A stretch of DNA of 64,000 nucleotides from contig NC_045696.1 in NCBI RefSeq assembly GCF_009834535.1, forward strand, positions 71,922,001-71,986,000. The letters run 5' to 3'. This document shows, one piece after another, positions 25,101 to 40,100 of the stretch; the first letter of the stretch is position 1; each line of letters begins with the position of its first letter. The translations under genes were made by a program, and so were the position numbers. The stretch is from Camelus ferus. Lineage: Eukaryota. Under the pieces are notes generated by a model, which did not search any database, was not told where the DNA came from, and saw only the letters and a program-made list of their open reading frames with translations.

Positions 25101-28100
25101 TCTCACCTCTGTCAGGTGGTGATGAGAGACCAATGTTTGTCAACACTGACTATTCAAGAGAAGTCAGAAATCCAGATCTTTTTATAAAAGCACATGATTA
25201 TTGAGTGTTGACAACACATTTTTAAAAAATTTGGCCAAACAAAACACAACTATAGGCCAGACTTGGCCTGTGGATCCTGGCAATATGCCTTCTACCCGAA
25301 CAGGTGAACTATGTGAAATGTATTTAGACAGGAAAGTTGTCTAGATTCTTCCACAAGAGAAATGGGCTTAACAATTCAGTCAGTCAACTTTGCAAATGTT
25401 GCTACCTTCTATGCCAGTGCTTCTCAACAGCAGCAGTATTAACATCTGGGTTAATATGGATAAGTCTTTGCAGTCGGGGCTGTCCTGTGCCTTGTGGGAT
25501 GCTGAGCAGAATCCCTGACTGCTACCTACTAGATGCCAGTAGCAACACCCAGCTCCAGCTGGGACAGCCCAAAATGCCCCCAGATGTTGCTGAATGTCCC
25601 CTGGAGGGCAAAACCACCCCCTGGTTGAGAATTAGTGTTCTAGAGAGAAAAAGAGCCTTGGAAAATAGAACTACATGTTAGTTATAATGTCATAGATGTT
25701 ATAAATGTGAACCAAGTATAGAATGATAAATGGATGCTGATTAGCAAGACTGATTTGTCAACCAATTTATCAATAAGAATTTACTGAGCACCTATTTTGT
25801 CCCCAACACTAAGCTCAACATAATGGGAGAAATAAAAGAAATATAAGACAGGGGAGGGTATAGCTCAAGTGGTAGAGTGCATGCTTAGCATGCATGAGGT
25901 CCTGGGTTCAATCCCCAGAAAATCCATTTAAAAAAAAAACTAATAATAAATAAATAGATGTAATGACCTCCCCCCCTAAAATAAATAAATAAATAATTTT
26001 AAAAAGAAATACAGGCTATAGTTTTAGGTTTCAAATCAGGTACAATAATTTATAATTTTTAAAATTGAAATATTGCCAATGACAGAAACATAAAAAAAAT
26101 TTGCCTCCTAAAAAATCACTTGAAGTTGTTCAGGCAAGACTTAACTTATGCATATCATTTCTGTGTGACTGTGGACAAGTTGCTAGCTCTCTCTCTCTGA
26201 GCCTCAGTCTCCTCTTCTATAAGATGGGCCCTCCAGGACCTGTTTTGTCTAGCCGGACGCTGGGCTGGCGTATGTGAGGGTGAGCTGGGCTGGCGTATGT
26301 GAAAGTGCTGAGCATGGCGTCTGGCCTTTAGTGGGATCAGGAGAGGTGGGTTTCCTTTCTCATTTCCCTCAGTTTCATTTTTTTAAAAGCTGAAAACCTT
26401 TCCATGTCAGTGTCTCATTTGATTAAGGTGACATGCTGAAAGCTGTTCAGACCCTTCAGGTGCGGGGTAAATATATCTCCTTTCCCCTGCCACTCCCCAC
26501 AACTTCCTTCCTGCTCAGGATAGTTGGTTTTAAAAATATCTTTCAGACACTTTGTGTAGAGTTGAAGTTTCTGCTCTCAACGCTATGCCTTTGTCATCCA
26601 CCTGATTGGCAGGCAGCACAAGTTTGCAGCGCTGGCTCTGGGACGTGGGAGAAACCAGTCACCAAGAGGGAGGGGCAGCAGGGTCAGGCAGCACATGGGC
26701 CACCTGCGGTCTGGAAGTCTAACTGCCCAGCCACCTGGTGTTACCCCCAGGGCCTTTCAGGGTGTTTGGAGCCCTCTTAGCTGTCAGACTCCTGTAAACT
26801 GTTATCAGTGATCAAACGTTAACACCTTCAGAGCACACTATTTAGAACTTCCCGAGGATGCCGCACCCTTCATGCCCTGTTTTCCCTTGTGGGCTCCCCT
26901 CCGCCTGGAATGCCCCTGCCACCCCTAAGCCCGCTTTTCCATTCATCCTTTAAGATGACTCAATTATTGTTATGCTATGAAGTCTCCCCCACCCACCTCC
27001 ACCTCCATCCCAAGTTAAACTGGGATGCTTTCTTCTCTTGGTTCCCTGACCCTCCATGTGTTCCCCATTCAGGCCTTTACTGTGCATTTTGCCATCCTGA
27101 AGGCAAATGTCTGACGTATTCACATTCCTCTGTCTAGTGCCCCACCCTGACTCTGTATATAGTGTATCTTTAGCAAATGTTTGATGAAGAAATGAATCAA
27201 TAAAAGAGAGAATCTAAATTTCAGAGAACTCTGTGCCAAGTTGCCAAAAAGTAGGTCAGCTGCTCTAAAGACACAATTCTTTGGCTTCCTTTTGTTACCT
27301 CCAGAGCAGAGGTTTCTTGATGAAGTCAAGACAACACTGAGCAAAAAATACCTGATTGATGTTGAAGACGCAGTCCACATCCTGAACATCTGTGACTGTG
27401 AAACTCCCACAATGCATTTTGCAGAAGTTGAGGAGAGAGGACCCTAGGCCTCTCGGTCATTGGCGTTATGACTTCCTGGGCAGGCTTGACTGGCTGGCTT
27501 GCTCTGAACCTTGTCCTCCGCTAAGGAAGGTGTTTAAGATCTCTTTCATGAGCTATTGCAGAGCTCCCTTTAGACACTGGTAGTGAGGAGCCACTGTGTC
27601 TAGATTCATCAGTTGAATAGTGAGATGAGATTTTACAAGCAGCCCATTCAAATGGACAAGCCGTAAGTGTTAAAGTACCGTATTTGGCTGTTAGGAGTCC
27701 TCGGGCCCTCTTTTGTCAATGCTGATGAGTACACAAAGGATTTTTACTTTGTCTTCAAGAACCCAGCATGATAAACATTTGTCACTGTCCAACTCGAAAC
27801 CCAAATGAGAAAAACATTTGGAAATTAACCCTGTGGGTGTCAGAGGAGTGAGCACACACTATAAATTGCTTAATGTATGGTATGTAATTTCCCTTGGGCT
27901 TTGGGTTAAACCTGACACCTGCTTGAAGCAGTCAACCTCCCCCTCCCCACCACCACCCTCCTCTGTATCCACCCCATTCCCATCCCCCAGAGCTGAGGTT
28001 TCAGCCTGGTTCTCTATTAACTTTAATTTATTTCTTAATTTACTTTTATTTATTTTTTAAGTTTTGTTGAACCCAGGACCTTGTGAGTGCTAGGCATGCA

Positions 28101-31100
28101 CTCTACCACTGAGCTATACCCTCCTCCCTTCTCAGCCTGGTTCTTTAATACATAAGGGTAGCTGAGCTTAATTCACTGGCTTAGCTCTCTCTTTCTTGCT
28201 GTTTGCAGTGAATCTGAGCTCTGGGAGCTAGGTAAAAATGATCATTTGAGCTCAGTGAGAGAGGTTTACTGGGCAGGGACAATCTTATTATTACTGTTGT
28301 TAGTAACACCAGTTAAAATTTGAATGACGACTCTGTGATAAGTCTTTTATGTGATTTCTTTATTTAATCTTCACATCAACCTAAGAGGTAAGTCCTGTTA
28401 TTATTGTCCCATTCTTGTACTGAATAAAGTAAAGAATTAAAATTTTGGAATGTTCACAGAGATTTGACAACTCAAAATAGGCTACATGGAAACAAAGACT
28501 TTTTTTAAGTAGTATTTAAAAATTCTTAGCAACCTTTTATTCTTACAAATGTTTTAAAGAGAGTGGTTAACAAACTGATTTGTTCAGCAACTTTGTTTGT
28601 CATTGATGGTGTAAACTAGGAGTCGATAAGCTATGGCCCCCAGACCAAATCCAGCCCACCAAAAAAATGTTCAATCCACAAGCTAAGATTGGCCTTTACA
28701 TTATGTAATGGTTGGGAGAAAAAGATTATTCTGTGACACATGGAAATCATAAAAAATTCAGATTTCAGTGTCCATAAATGAGCAGGCCACACACTCATTT
28801 GTGTATGTGTGGTCTGTGGCTGCTTTTGTGCTGGAATGACAGAGCTGAGTGGTTGCTACAGACACCCACAAAGCCTAAAATATTTGCAGGAAAAAACTTG
28901 CCAACTCTTCATGTAGAATAAACTTCAGCCCTGTTACTGTTCAAATTCCACCAAATTTTGAATTTCCAAGTTAAAAAAAAAGTGCTTTGCTCCTGTTTAA
29001 ATAAAAGCCAATTTTATTTCCTTTAAGAACATCCTATAACACCATAACTCAATGGAAAAGATAGGTACCATGGTCTAAGTAAGACTCATTTGATATCAGC
29101 AGCATAAATTATGTAAAACTTGCCATGTCAAGGAAACTAAACATCCCCCTGCCCTTTTGTAGACATCAGTTCACCTAACAAATTTTCTTCCTTCCTTATG
29201 AAGATACACAGCAGCTCAGTTGCCGTCAGCGTTTGTCTAATTTTGACTCAGTCAAAATAGAAGCAAACCTGGATTCAGGCTCTGGACTCTGTCCTGTTCC
29301 AGCCTAAGATGAACTTGCAGTGGGTGTGAGCACTGCCATCTGCTTTGGAAGGCCTCACCTTGGGCATTAGTGCCAGAAAGCACCAGCTCTAGAGGGGCAG
29401 GGCCAGGCCCCCTTCCTGTCAGGGCCAGCTTCGTGGGCACGCGACCTGAACAGTGGGGAGTGCCCATGCTTGGTTTAAAGCTTTCCTGTCCCTCTTGGGT
29501 TTCTCAGTGATTTCTGATCTTGCATTTTCGTTTTGTACTAGGCTCACAAATGATGTGGCCAGCCCTGCTTCCTAGAGATGGCTATATATCTAGGCAATTA
29601 CATTTCAGGGAATGTGGAAGAAAGTTCTTGCACAACACATTTTTCCTCTCTAATATCCCATGAAGGAAAATGTAGAGCAGGACCCTATAGACAAGATCTT
29701 GCTTTGTCTCACCTACAAACAATGTACCTCAGAAAAAGATGCTAGGCTCCCCTGAGCCTCTTTGTTCTCTGCTGTAAAATGGGCTAAGAATATTTACGCT
29801 GCCTCAGGGAGTTGTGAGGATCAAAGAAGGCCACGTAGGTGAATGCATGCACTTAGTAACCTGTGAAACCCTTAGAGAAGTACATAGCACCCTTTCCTTA
29901 CAGCCACGAGGATAGGTTGAGGAGATGCCACAGGAGAGCAGATTCCAGGAGGTCTCCCACGGAGCTCAGAGCTGGCCCAGTCACTGTTCTCCTGCTGCTC
30001 CTAAAATCAGTCTCGCACTGCAGCCCAAGCAATTTCCAAAAACAAAGCCATGCTTATGTCACTGCCCTGCTGAAAACCCTTCAATGGATTCTCTCTGCCC
30101 TTAGGATGGGGCAGAGTCTTGTAACAGTGACTACGAGCCCTGACGTATAGGTCTCTCTTATGCTAAAAGGGACACCAAACAAAGAATAACCTGAACAAAC
30201 TGTATGTGAAAGAAGCCCAAGAAGGGCCTGGGTCACAGTTATTTTTCTCTAAAACAAATGGATGGTCCAAGTACATTGTTCAACTTGTTCAGACCCAAGA
30301 CTGAGCACTTAGAATGAGGCATCCAGACAGAGAAAAAATGTGACAATGAGTGTGTATATGTCCATGAATAACTGAAAAATTGTGCTGAACACTGGTAAAA
30401 AGAAAAAAAAAAAAAAAAAAAAAAGAATGAGGCATCCAGATCTTATTCTTCTCCCAGAACCCAGAACAGTGCCTGGTCAGGAGTGGATATAAGAGAAGTT
30501 AAAGGCTAGCCTGGCAGCTTGGGGTCATATCTTCCCCAGCCACCTATTAGGGCTGTGACCTTGAGCAAGTCACAGTCACTGCAAGGATTAAATAAGGCAC
30601 GGCACAGAGGTGTCTGTCCCACGAGCTGAGAAGCTCCCGGCACAAGGTAAGAAGCCGGTCTGTGGATGTGCTGCTCAATGAGCTGTAGGATCTACAGTTC
30701 AGTGGATCGATAGTGACCTCACTAGAACAGCCTGTATTTCTGGAACCCTTATTTGTGCAAGGAATCGTCATTTCATCCACAAATAATATATAAATTATTT
30801 TATATAGAATGTAATCAAATGTAATCAAATTATTATTAAATTTCTTTAATGACTAGATTGTAAACAACTTAAAGCAATTCAGTTTCAGATTCTGATTTTG
30901 GTTGCTCTACCATTTTTGGCAACTTACATGTGGACAGTTTACTAATGAATGTTCAAAAGCAATAACACCTACTTTAAAAAATAAAAACTCCTTTTCCAAC
31001 TTACCCTTTCGTACCACGATTCAATTTCTTTTAATGTTCCATACCCTGAGAGAAGTTACAGGGATGTTTTGTAGGGTTTTCTTGTTTGTTTTGTTTTTCC

Positions 31101-34100
31101 AAAGGGACAATCCCTAGGTAAAAAGTGGAACATTGCTTTATATTTCTGAACACAACAACCTGGGGTCCTCTTTGGAGGACCAGTGATCTCAGGGTTAACC
31201 ATTTTTTTTTCACTCCCTCACGGTGGCCCCATCTAACCATTTTGGAGGCACAAACCCATTAATCTGTTTAAGTAGCTGATATCCTACCCAGGAAAATGCG
31301 CACACAATTCTGCATACACTGTTTTTCCCAGAGGGTTTATGGACCCCATGAAGTTCCCCCATGGTAGCCTTAAGGGTGAGTGGTCTCAGTTTGACTTCTA
31401 ACCTTAATTACTAGGAAAAGCTTAATGTACACCCACCAACCCATCCACCTTCCAGATGTATTTGCATTTTAACAGTGGAAAACTTGGCCCAGCTGAAGGG
31501 ACTCAAATTGTTTGTACAAGTGGAATTTGAATTTCAGGTTCTAGCAACAAGTATGCAGTAGAGAAATGTTCAGCCGCAGACAAGCTATTACTTGTTATTT
31601 ATTTATTGTGTGATATGTTTACATTTTTGGAAATTTCCAAACACAATTATGGCTCCATACCAACACACCACCCAACCCCCATGTCAAGGATTTAATAGCT
31701 GCCTAAACAGTCTGTAAGCTAGGATCGTAAACATAAAAATAGAGATTATCCAAAGGTTAACATACTGCTGTTTTACAGGATGAAAACTCCTATTATATCA
31801 GTGAAGTGGGAGCCTATTTGACTGTCTCAAATCCAGGTAAGTTCCACAGTTTCAACTTTTCATCTCATTGAATTTGCTAATCTTTGATGCTGCATTTGAG
31901 AAACAGACTGAGAGAGTAGACAACAATGTAACTTTGGGGGAACTTACTACACCTCTGTGTGCTTCAGTCTGCTTGTCTGCTCATGAAGCAGATTGAACTA
32001 TATTATGTCGACGATCATCATTGGCAGAAAAAGAGCCGAGTAGCTCACAGATTTGCTGTTAATGATCCAGTTTATTCAGTACTCTCAGAATCATGCATTC
32101 ATTCTACGAGAATGTAGTTAGTGCCTGCTGGGTTCCGAGCCCTATAATAGGTACTGAGGATCCATAATTATCCAAACATAAAGTCCCTGCCCTCCTGGAG
32201 CTTAGTTTCTAGAAGGGGGACAGGACCATAAACAGACACATTCAATTATTATAATACACAGTTAGACAGTGATAAGTTCTATGAAGAAACACAAGCAGAA
32301 TGGGGTGGAGAGGACTAGAAAGGGTATTAGGGAAGCTTTCAGACAGGAAGGCCTCTCTGAAGATGGGAGGTTTGAGCAAAGAGATATCCCCATTTGGGGA
32401 CATCTGGGCCTGGGGAAGCTCTTTCCAGGTGGCAGGAACAACAGGTGCACAGGCTCCAAGGAGTGAGCTTGCTAGTGTGCTCAAGGACCGGGAGGGCCCA
32501 GTGTGCTGGCGAGAGAGAGGAGTGAGGGGCCGGCAGGCCCGAGCTCGGAGGGCAGTGGGCAAGGCAAGGTGAAGGCACTGGATTTTATATTAAAGTGTGA
32601 AAGGATGCCATTGGAGGGCTTGGGGTGGGGAAATAATATATAAGATTTACATCTATAAGGGTTCACTTTGGTTGCCATACAGAGAATTGTGCAAAGTGGG
32701 GCAAGTTGAGAGAACTCCTACGATGTTCACTTTTAGAGAAATAATGCTCCCTGCCAAGTTGGGGGAGTTTCTCAGAGGCCTTGAATGTTTCTCCAGAAAG
32801 CCTTGACTTAGATAACAAACCGCTAGTGAGCAGCTCTTCTGTGCCACGCACTGAACTAAGAGTTTTCATGTCTGTTTTCTCCTTTTCAAAATTCTCTTGA
32901 CTGGCTTACACTTATTATCTTATTAACTAAGGAATTTATACTAAAGAAACTTGCTAAGAAATGAAAATGTAAGGAAAGGTCTGTTTTAAACACGAGCTGT
33001 ATTACACTGGCATTGCTCAAGAGGATGTTGTCAGTGATTATCGGTAAAATGTAAGTAAGATGTCACAGTTGACAGTTTTATAGACATTATCTCACTTAGA
33101 CGAGCCTCCTCATATAGGCTTGGGATTAAATATTGTGAATGGTAACATAAATTAGCTAATGTTATCACTAGCTAAATTCTAGCTAGTGACGGGTAGTAAT
33201 ATCTCAAGAGGCAGGAGAGGGGAAAGTCAGACCAGAAACTAGAGGCTGAGAGAGGGATAGAACAATCCTAAGTCTCCAAGATCGAGGCTCGGCAGTCCAA
33301 ATACCACTTACCAGCTGCATGATGCTAGGCAAACGTTTTCAGCTCTCCGACTCCATTTCCTCATCTGCAAAGTGGAGACAGTAGTACCTCCCTCTAAAAA
33401 GTGTGAGAATTAAGCAGGAAAGTGCACAGAAGTGCTTGCACAGTGCAGGGCACACAGTGAGCAGACCCTCAGTGTGGGATGTTATGTCAGACGCAGGCAA
33501 AGACACCCACAGAGGCAGGAGAGGAGGGACGTCTAGACTCTCTCACTAACAGCCCACGGGTGAATTCACTGAGGTCCACAGTCTGTTCCTCAGCCCTGGG
33601 AGGTGTCGGCACATCCTTAAGTAGTGGCTGTCTCTTCAAGTAAACCAGGATCATGAAACTAATGCATAAAATCAGAATGTAAATTTGTTCATTTGTCATG
33701 CTCCTGTTTCTTACAGTAACTGCAAGAGGACCAGACAATTGGGTCCTCTGGCCAGTGAATTTTCTCCCATTCAGGAAGCCCAAGTGTACTCGGAAGGGAG
33801 CTTGGTGGAGGTGGAATTATAGCAAATGGAGTTAATTATATAAGTAAAAGGTATAACCCATGTGCCTTGAAGCATACACCTCCTTGGAAAGGGTGCACCT
33901 GTCACAAAACAGGGCCAGTCCTTGAGCAGGACCGTCTCTCCCAGCAGCGCTCAGATGGATGGGGATGGCCCTCTCCCTTCTCTTTGTTTCCACGGATAAC
34001 CCCTCCCAGCGACAGGCTTAGTCCTTCATTTTGCTGTATTAATGCATTCAGTCTGGGGATATGCAAATACTTGGTAACTTTGCATGTCTCTGCTCTGATT

Positions 34101-37100
34101 CATTATGAGTTCATGTGATTTTGTCTCAGAGAACAATCTTACATTTTTTATTACTGAAGTTTTTGTGGGCACTTCTCTGTCGTTCCCCAAGCATTGACAA
34201 GAGTCCCCACCAACTCTGCCCCCAGTGATTTAAAATAATTGAGGAAAAGATTGCCAAAAGTTTCATTTCAATGTTATCACATCCCAGTTTATGTGAGGCT
34301 GCCCCTGTATATTCCAAACAGAGCACCAGAAAGAAGTCCCCCAGAGGGCACTAGGGTGACTTTTCATGAGGAGAAGGGGACAGAACTCCAGAGAGCCACA
34401 TCTAAGGAAGGCCATTTAACGGCATGTGGCCACTCCACAACAGCTGGGGCTCAATGGATATTTGCCAGGATTCTTATATGTCACTGTTTCACCTTTGTTG
34501 TTTTCAGAGAAGGTTTACCAAGGAATGAAAAATGCTGTGGTGATGTTTGAGACTGTGGTCGGGCATTCCTTCAAGTGTGTGAGTGAACAGAGCATCCAGC
34601 TCTCACCCCACCTTCAACTGAAAACAACGAATGTCCAACTTCAAGCCTTTGATTTCGAAGACGACCACTTTGGAAATGGTAAGTTATGGGTTCATCGTGT
34701 CACAGACATAAACTCCTGAGACCCAGGGGCAGTTTCAAGTTGTTTTCATTTGAAGCTTTCAAAGGGATAAGAATCACATGAATGTCCTAGAACAGTATGA
34801 TTCCACAAAGCTCTTAGGGTCAAGTTTCTCAAGGCCTCCCTCTTACTGTTCCTCTGTGCCTCAATACCAACCTCGAAATGAGACACCTTAACTCACTCGT
34901 GTTCACTGCCTTCGCATAGCAGAATACATTCCCCTTGTCTGACCAAAAGACTCATTCTGACCCTTTTAAACATGCACACACTCAATCCATCAAAAAGTCA
35001 GAAAACACCATTGGCAACCTCCCCTACTGTTCAAGCTGTTGAGTACTGGTAAACTCAGGTGTCTTTGGGGAACTTTAAAAATCCTGCGTATTAGTGATAC
35101 CTAAAATTCAGGATTTCAGGGTAGATTCTTTCCCACTTGCAGAGGGAAAAGGAAAAGCTGTAATAATTTTAGACAGAAATACACTCTGTTGAATCCCCTC
35201 TTCTCGAATCCGGGCTGTTCCACCTGACTGGTGCTTCCTCATAGTTAGTTTCAGTTTCCATGAAACTTCTGCTTTGGGTTTTTACCACTAGAGAGGGAAG
35301 CAGGTCCTAGGAGGAAAGTCAGGGGCAGCCCAGGGTGACTTTCCAAAAAAGCCCTTTCCTCCCCACCAGAAAAACAGTATTGCAAGGATTTCCACATATG
35401 GGCAGGAATTGAACTTCAGTTTCTAAAAGCATCTCTCTTACAATAATTCAATGACATCATGAGTACCTCTCAACTATCAAAAATAGAGTTAGCTACAAGT
35501 TTAGCTATAATTTAAATTTCTATACTATGAATCTGATTTCTCTTTGAATCCCATCGTAAAGTTGAAGTTGTGTCTGGCAGGAAACTTCAGATATACTCGG
35601 TGGAGCCCATTTAGCAAAGGAAGGATTAAAATGTTACTTGCCTTGGATCGCCCTGGTTTCTGCTGGTTTTGTCTGAGTTCTACAATCTCTATCTTTGTTT
35701 TGGAGATTTACCACAGTAGTAAGATTAAGTGCTAAAATTTGCTGGTGAGTGTTGCCCCTACTTTGTCATCTTGTCTCAAAATATCCAATATGGGGAACTC
35801 TTAAAAATTTCTTATGAAGGCTCAAACAAACTCTGTATTTAGTCATGTGGTCTTAAAAATAAGGCACACACTTGCTCTTCCTCCTCTTCAGAACCTGTGT
35901 AGAAGGAAGTGAGCAGGTCTAGGAAACCTCTTAGTGGCAGAGGTGAGAAATAAAACCTTTCAGCCGGACACCTGGCCTGTTAGCAGTGCTCACAAGGAGA
36001 TGTAAGAAAGCTGTCTTCGTTTTTCCCTCGCCCTCCCTCACCCTCCCACATTCATAGTCACAAGGCCCTATCAGTTCTACCGCCAGATGACTTCTCTTGT
36101 TCGTTCCACCGTTGCAGCTTCAGCTCAACTCCATAGTCCCAGTCTTTGTGCTTCAAATTTCACTAAAGATGCTCTGATGTGAAGTTGTTTGTCATTCTAT
36201 AGGTAATATTTTCTACCCGAGAGTATGAGAAGAGGGAAAAAGGAGCAAGTTAAAAAATAAAAGTTACCGTGCAGCATGGTGTTCTAAAAGGCCTAATGCA
36301 AAGGAAGGCCTGATGAACATAGCATTGCGGGGAGGGGTCAGGGAAGTCCTGACCAATGGCTGGGGCTCCAAGAACTGGAGAGGAGTCCAGCAAATGTAAA
36401 TGCCCAGCCTTATCAAAGAGACTGTTGTCCCACACAGTCGGCTTCTGACCCCCACATTCTCAACCTCTTCTCTGTAAAATCTCAGCCTGCAAAGTTTCCC
36501 CATTACCAGGAGCCCAGGCTGTCCAGCAGCCGCTTCAAGAGGCACAGAGTTGAAATAGAAGACTTTGGCCACGTGACTTGGTGCAGGTCCCTGTTTCCGA
36601 AGTTGGGAATCAAGGCTCCCCGGCTTCCTCTCGCTTGAGAGTCAATTCTGATTCAGGCCCTCTAGACTGAACCAGTGTTTCTCAAAGTTGAGTCTGCCTC
36701 CCAGCTACTTCAGAATCAGCTGGGACCCACCTTCAACCCGCTGAATCATAATTGCCTGGGTGTGGGGCCTGGGGATCTGCAGTTTAATACACCCATTAAG
36801 TGAGCACAAGCACTGCAAGTAGCACTGTCCCCGTCCTTTCTCATCTCCGCCAACTGTGGGTCCCTGGCAGCAAGGGGGTAGGCCCAGCCGCTCCATCTCC
36901 CACCTGGTTTCCTCCCGCATGAGGCCGAGGTGGGCTGGGGCAGCATCACTTCCCAGCATTGTGGCCAGCCCATAACACCTGTTACTCTGACTTCAATTAC
37001 AGCGGATGAATGCTTCAGTGACAGAAACAGCAGAGAAATCCCTGTGGCTGTGGGCCTGAGTATCGCAGGACTGCTTGGCGTTCTGCTAACAGCATGCCTG

Positions 37101-40100
37101 GTGACCAGAACGAGGCCCAGTAGAGGATATGAACACATGTGAAGCCCCACCTTTTTCAAAAGGTGCAAGGTTATGGCCTTGGAAATTCTGGCTGCATGAT
37201 TAGCCCTAAGTGAAGGGATGGACTTTTCCAGTCGCCTGCTCCATTCTCCCAATCTGATTAGGAAACTAGCTCTCCACCAAAGGGCCATCGAAGGCTAACT
37301 CTAATGTAGCCCCTACCCCACTTCTTCCCATTAGGGCGACGAGGTTGTGCCGTATGGGCTTGAATGCCGTGGCCCACACCTGATAACACAGGCCAGGCAG
37401 AGACAATTAGGGACAAGAAGCAAGGATGTGAGCAAGGTCCTTGTGAGGAGAAAGCAAACACCCAAAGGGAGGATTGTGGGAAAGACGTCTTCAAACTGCA
37501 CGGATTTTTCTTACACATTTTTAAGAGTCTCAATATCCAGTTTCTTTTTTTTAAAAAGTATTACTTTAAGAAAAACCAATCCATTTCAAAATAAATTGTA
37601 AAATGATTTTGAACACCTGGTTTTTGCCCAATTCCTGATTTACTTAAATTACCAATTGTCTTGATAGACTATCGTTTTTTCAAAAAGACATATTCTACAC
37701 TATTATAGTATATTATTAGTAGAAAACTTCCCACCATTTCACTTTTTCTTTTTTTTAAAGGGATGTGCTGGGGATTGAACCCAGGACCTCATGCATACCA
37801 AGCACACACTCTACCACTGAGCTATATCCCTCCCCCACCAACATTTTCTTTTTTTAATGTGAAGGACATACCAAAGATCTTGGCAAACAAAAGAGACTTA
37901 ATAAATGTTAGTTCTCCATTTCCTTCAGTTTCATTTGTTATCTGCCTTCTTGACACCTTTTTCCTGTTTTGTCTCTGTTTTTCTTTGATTTTAGTTTACC
38001 CCTGTAGACTTGTTAATTTGGGCCATTGGAAAGCAGAGGTAGGCAAAGCATCAAAACAATAAGAAACGGCAAGCGGAAGAGGTAGATCTACCCAGGTTGT
38101 TGTCCACTTGACTTTTAAAACAACATTTACCAAAAAAACTGTAAACCAGAAAATTCCTGATTGGGAGTGATTGTTGTTGGGAGGAGAATTTCTATTAAAC
38201 TGTTGCTTGGAATGTTATTCCCAGTTTTCTAGTCCATGGACTGCTTACATATGAGAACCAGGGTTTTTATTTCAGAGGAAGGGGAGAGTAATGGACTTCT
38301 GGGTGTTTTTAACTGCTTTTACCAACAGAAAGTTTTCTTGTCTTTCTACACTTTCCAGAGGTGCCATTCATTATTTTTAACAGGAAGTTTATGAAAGGCT
38401 GGCGACCACTCTATAACCACTGCTTACCTAGGATGTGTACTGGTTCCTTTGAGGCCTTTCAGCTCTCTCCACTTTCTCAGGAGTGAGAGGGGAGGGCATG
38501 CGGCTGCTTCAAGAGTGCTTCAAGAGTCCTTGAAGACGGCTGGAGTGTGAGGACATTCCTGTTTCCTCCTTGCAGCAGGAGGTGTTGGTGCAAATCTGGG
38601 ATGTGAGGACCCAGTGTTCCCCAAAGTGACTTGGGTTGAGCAGCAAGGACTTGGCTTTGGAGAGATGCCATCTGTCTCCATCTCCTCCCTCCAGCAGGCA
38701 CCAACCAGTGCCCTGCTCGAGACTCCCATTTCCAGTTCAGCCTCAAGTGTACTTGGAAGGTTCTATACCGCAGAGCACGGGCAGCTTATTCACAGGTGCC
38801 GCACACCATCCTGTAGAATGACTAGAGGAAGGTTGATCTTCTAGTGCGGACATTTCTCCCACAGCAGATGCAAAAAGCAGTGGATTGAAATCAGGAAGAG
38901 TGGGATAAGGCAGGTCACTTGAGGTTAGTTTTCCATTCTACCATCTTCAGTGAGTTCTTTGGAGTGATGGCTGGCTTAGACTCCTGTGATCTACCCCTCC
39001 TGCCCCCCACGCCAAATGTCTTTAAAGTGACTTTGAATTAACCAAAAAGAGCTCAAGTTTCATTTGAATGACTAGTAAACAACTGCGTTATCCTCTCGCA
39101 CTTCTGCTTACTGTCTGCAGGGAGTCCTGAGAGGGTCCCTGCGGGGAAAGTGCTGGGATTGAGACTTCAGTAAACTGGGTGCTGGAAGAGGCCCCTCCGC
39201 CCCCAGGGTTGTCTCTTCCCACGGAAGCTCCAGTGGCTGAGGGGCTGTTGTCGCTTTCTGAGGTTGGGCCGGAGGCTGCCACTCCGGACTCCGGGAAGAC
39301 CCCTCACAAAGGGGCCTCTGATCCTCTCTGGCAGCGCTGTCCCCTTGCCATTGGCTCTCCTGCTGTTTTCTGATCCTGCTAGTTTCAACTCAGTTACTCT
39401 CTTCTGCTGATGGTGGAACTCCTGAATTCACCCCTTTCTCTGCAACCAACCTAGAGATAATGGAAACCTTCACTAATGCCCACCTGGAGATAACCTATCC
39501 ATTGTTCATTTTGATGTACCCTTGAACAAGGCTGGGCGTTGGGGCACCCACCCTCCAGCAGTTGAAAATCCGTGTCTACCAGAGTTGGCCCCCTTCCCAG
39601 TGGTTCCCTCTATACCTGCTTTCCTCAACCACCTTTGGAGAGAGGAGTACTGCAGTATTTAATACCAAAAAATTCCAACTATCAGTAGACCCAGCAGTTC
39701 AAACTGGTGTCCTTCAAGGGTCAACTGTATTTCCTTCTCGTGAATACTGTTTTACAAACTGGAGGCACACAGAGGACACCATTTGGCATCTTTTTCACCT
39801 GTGCACTGTAAGTATCTCTCCGGGCTCCTAAATGTGCAAAGTGCCATTACCATGACCGCTATCCCGAATGTGCTCTCAACATTATACAGTTATTTACTTA
39901 ACTCTTCTGTTTTTATTGGGAATGTTTGTTGTTTCTAGGTTTTCACAGTCATAATGTGAATAAAGAATTATGTGATGAATTCTATGCAAAACAAACATTG
40001 ATTGACAAATGCATATAGATATGTGCCTGAATTTTGGTTTTGCCTCATAAACCGTTTGAAATGGTTATAACTTATACTTCACTACTAATTCTTAATTTTT

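Noticed and set aside
25851..25920. tRNA-like sequence (and five similar copies) as tRNA genes
   Set aside because: A-rich tails, target-site duplications and no proper acceptor stem show these are tRNA-derived SINEs.
34679..34719. Exon 5 read-through ([13 protein letters not shown]) as a soluble isoform
   Set aside because: Strong gtaagt donor and no adjacent poly(A) signal; a short read-through is expected by chance.
35581..35745. Possible third LAMP3 terminal exon
   Set aside because: The in-phase reading lacks the DEC cysteine, a clean TM helix and a GYXXΦ tail.
36746..37288. 180-aa minus ORF
   Set aside because: Antisense shadow over the alternative LAMP3 exon and a MER5 fragment; no independent support.
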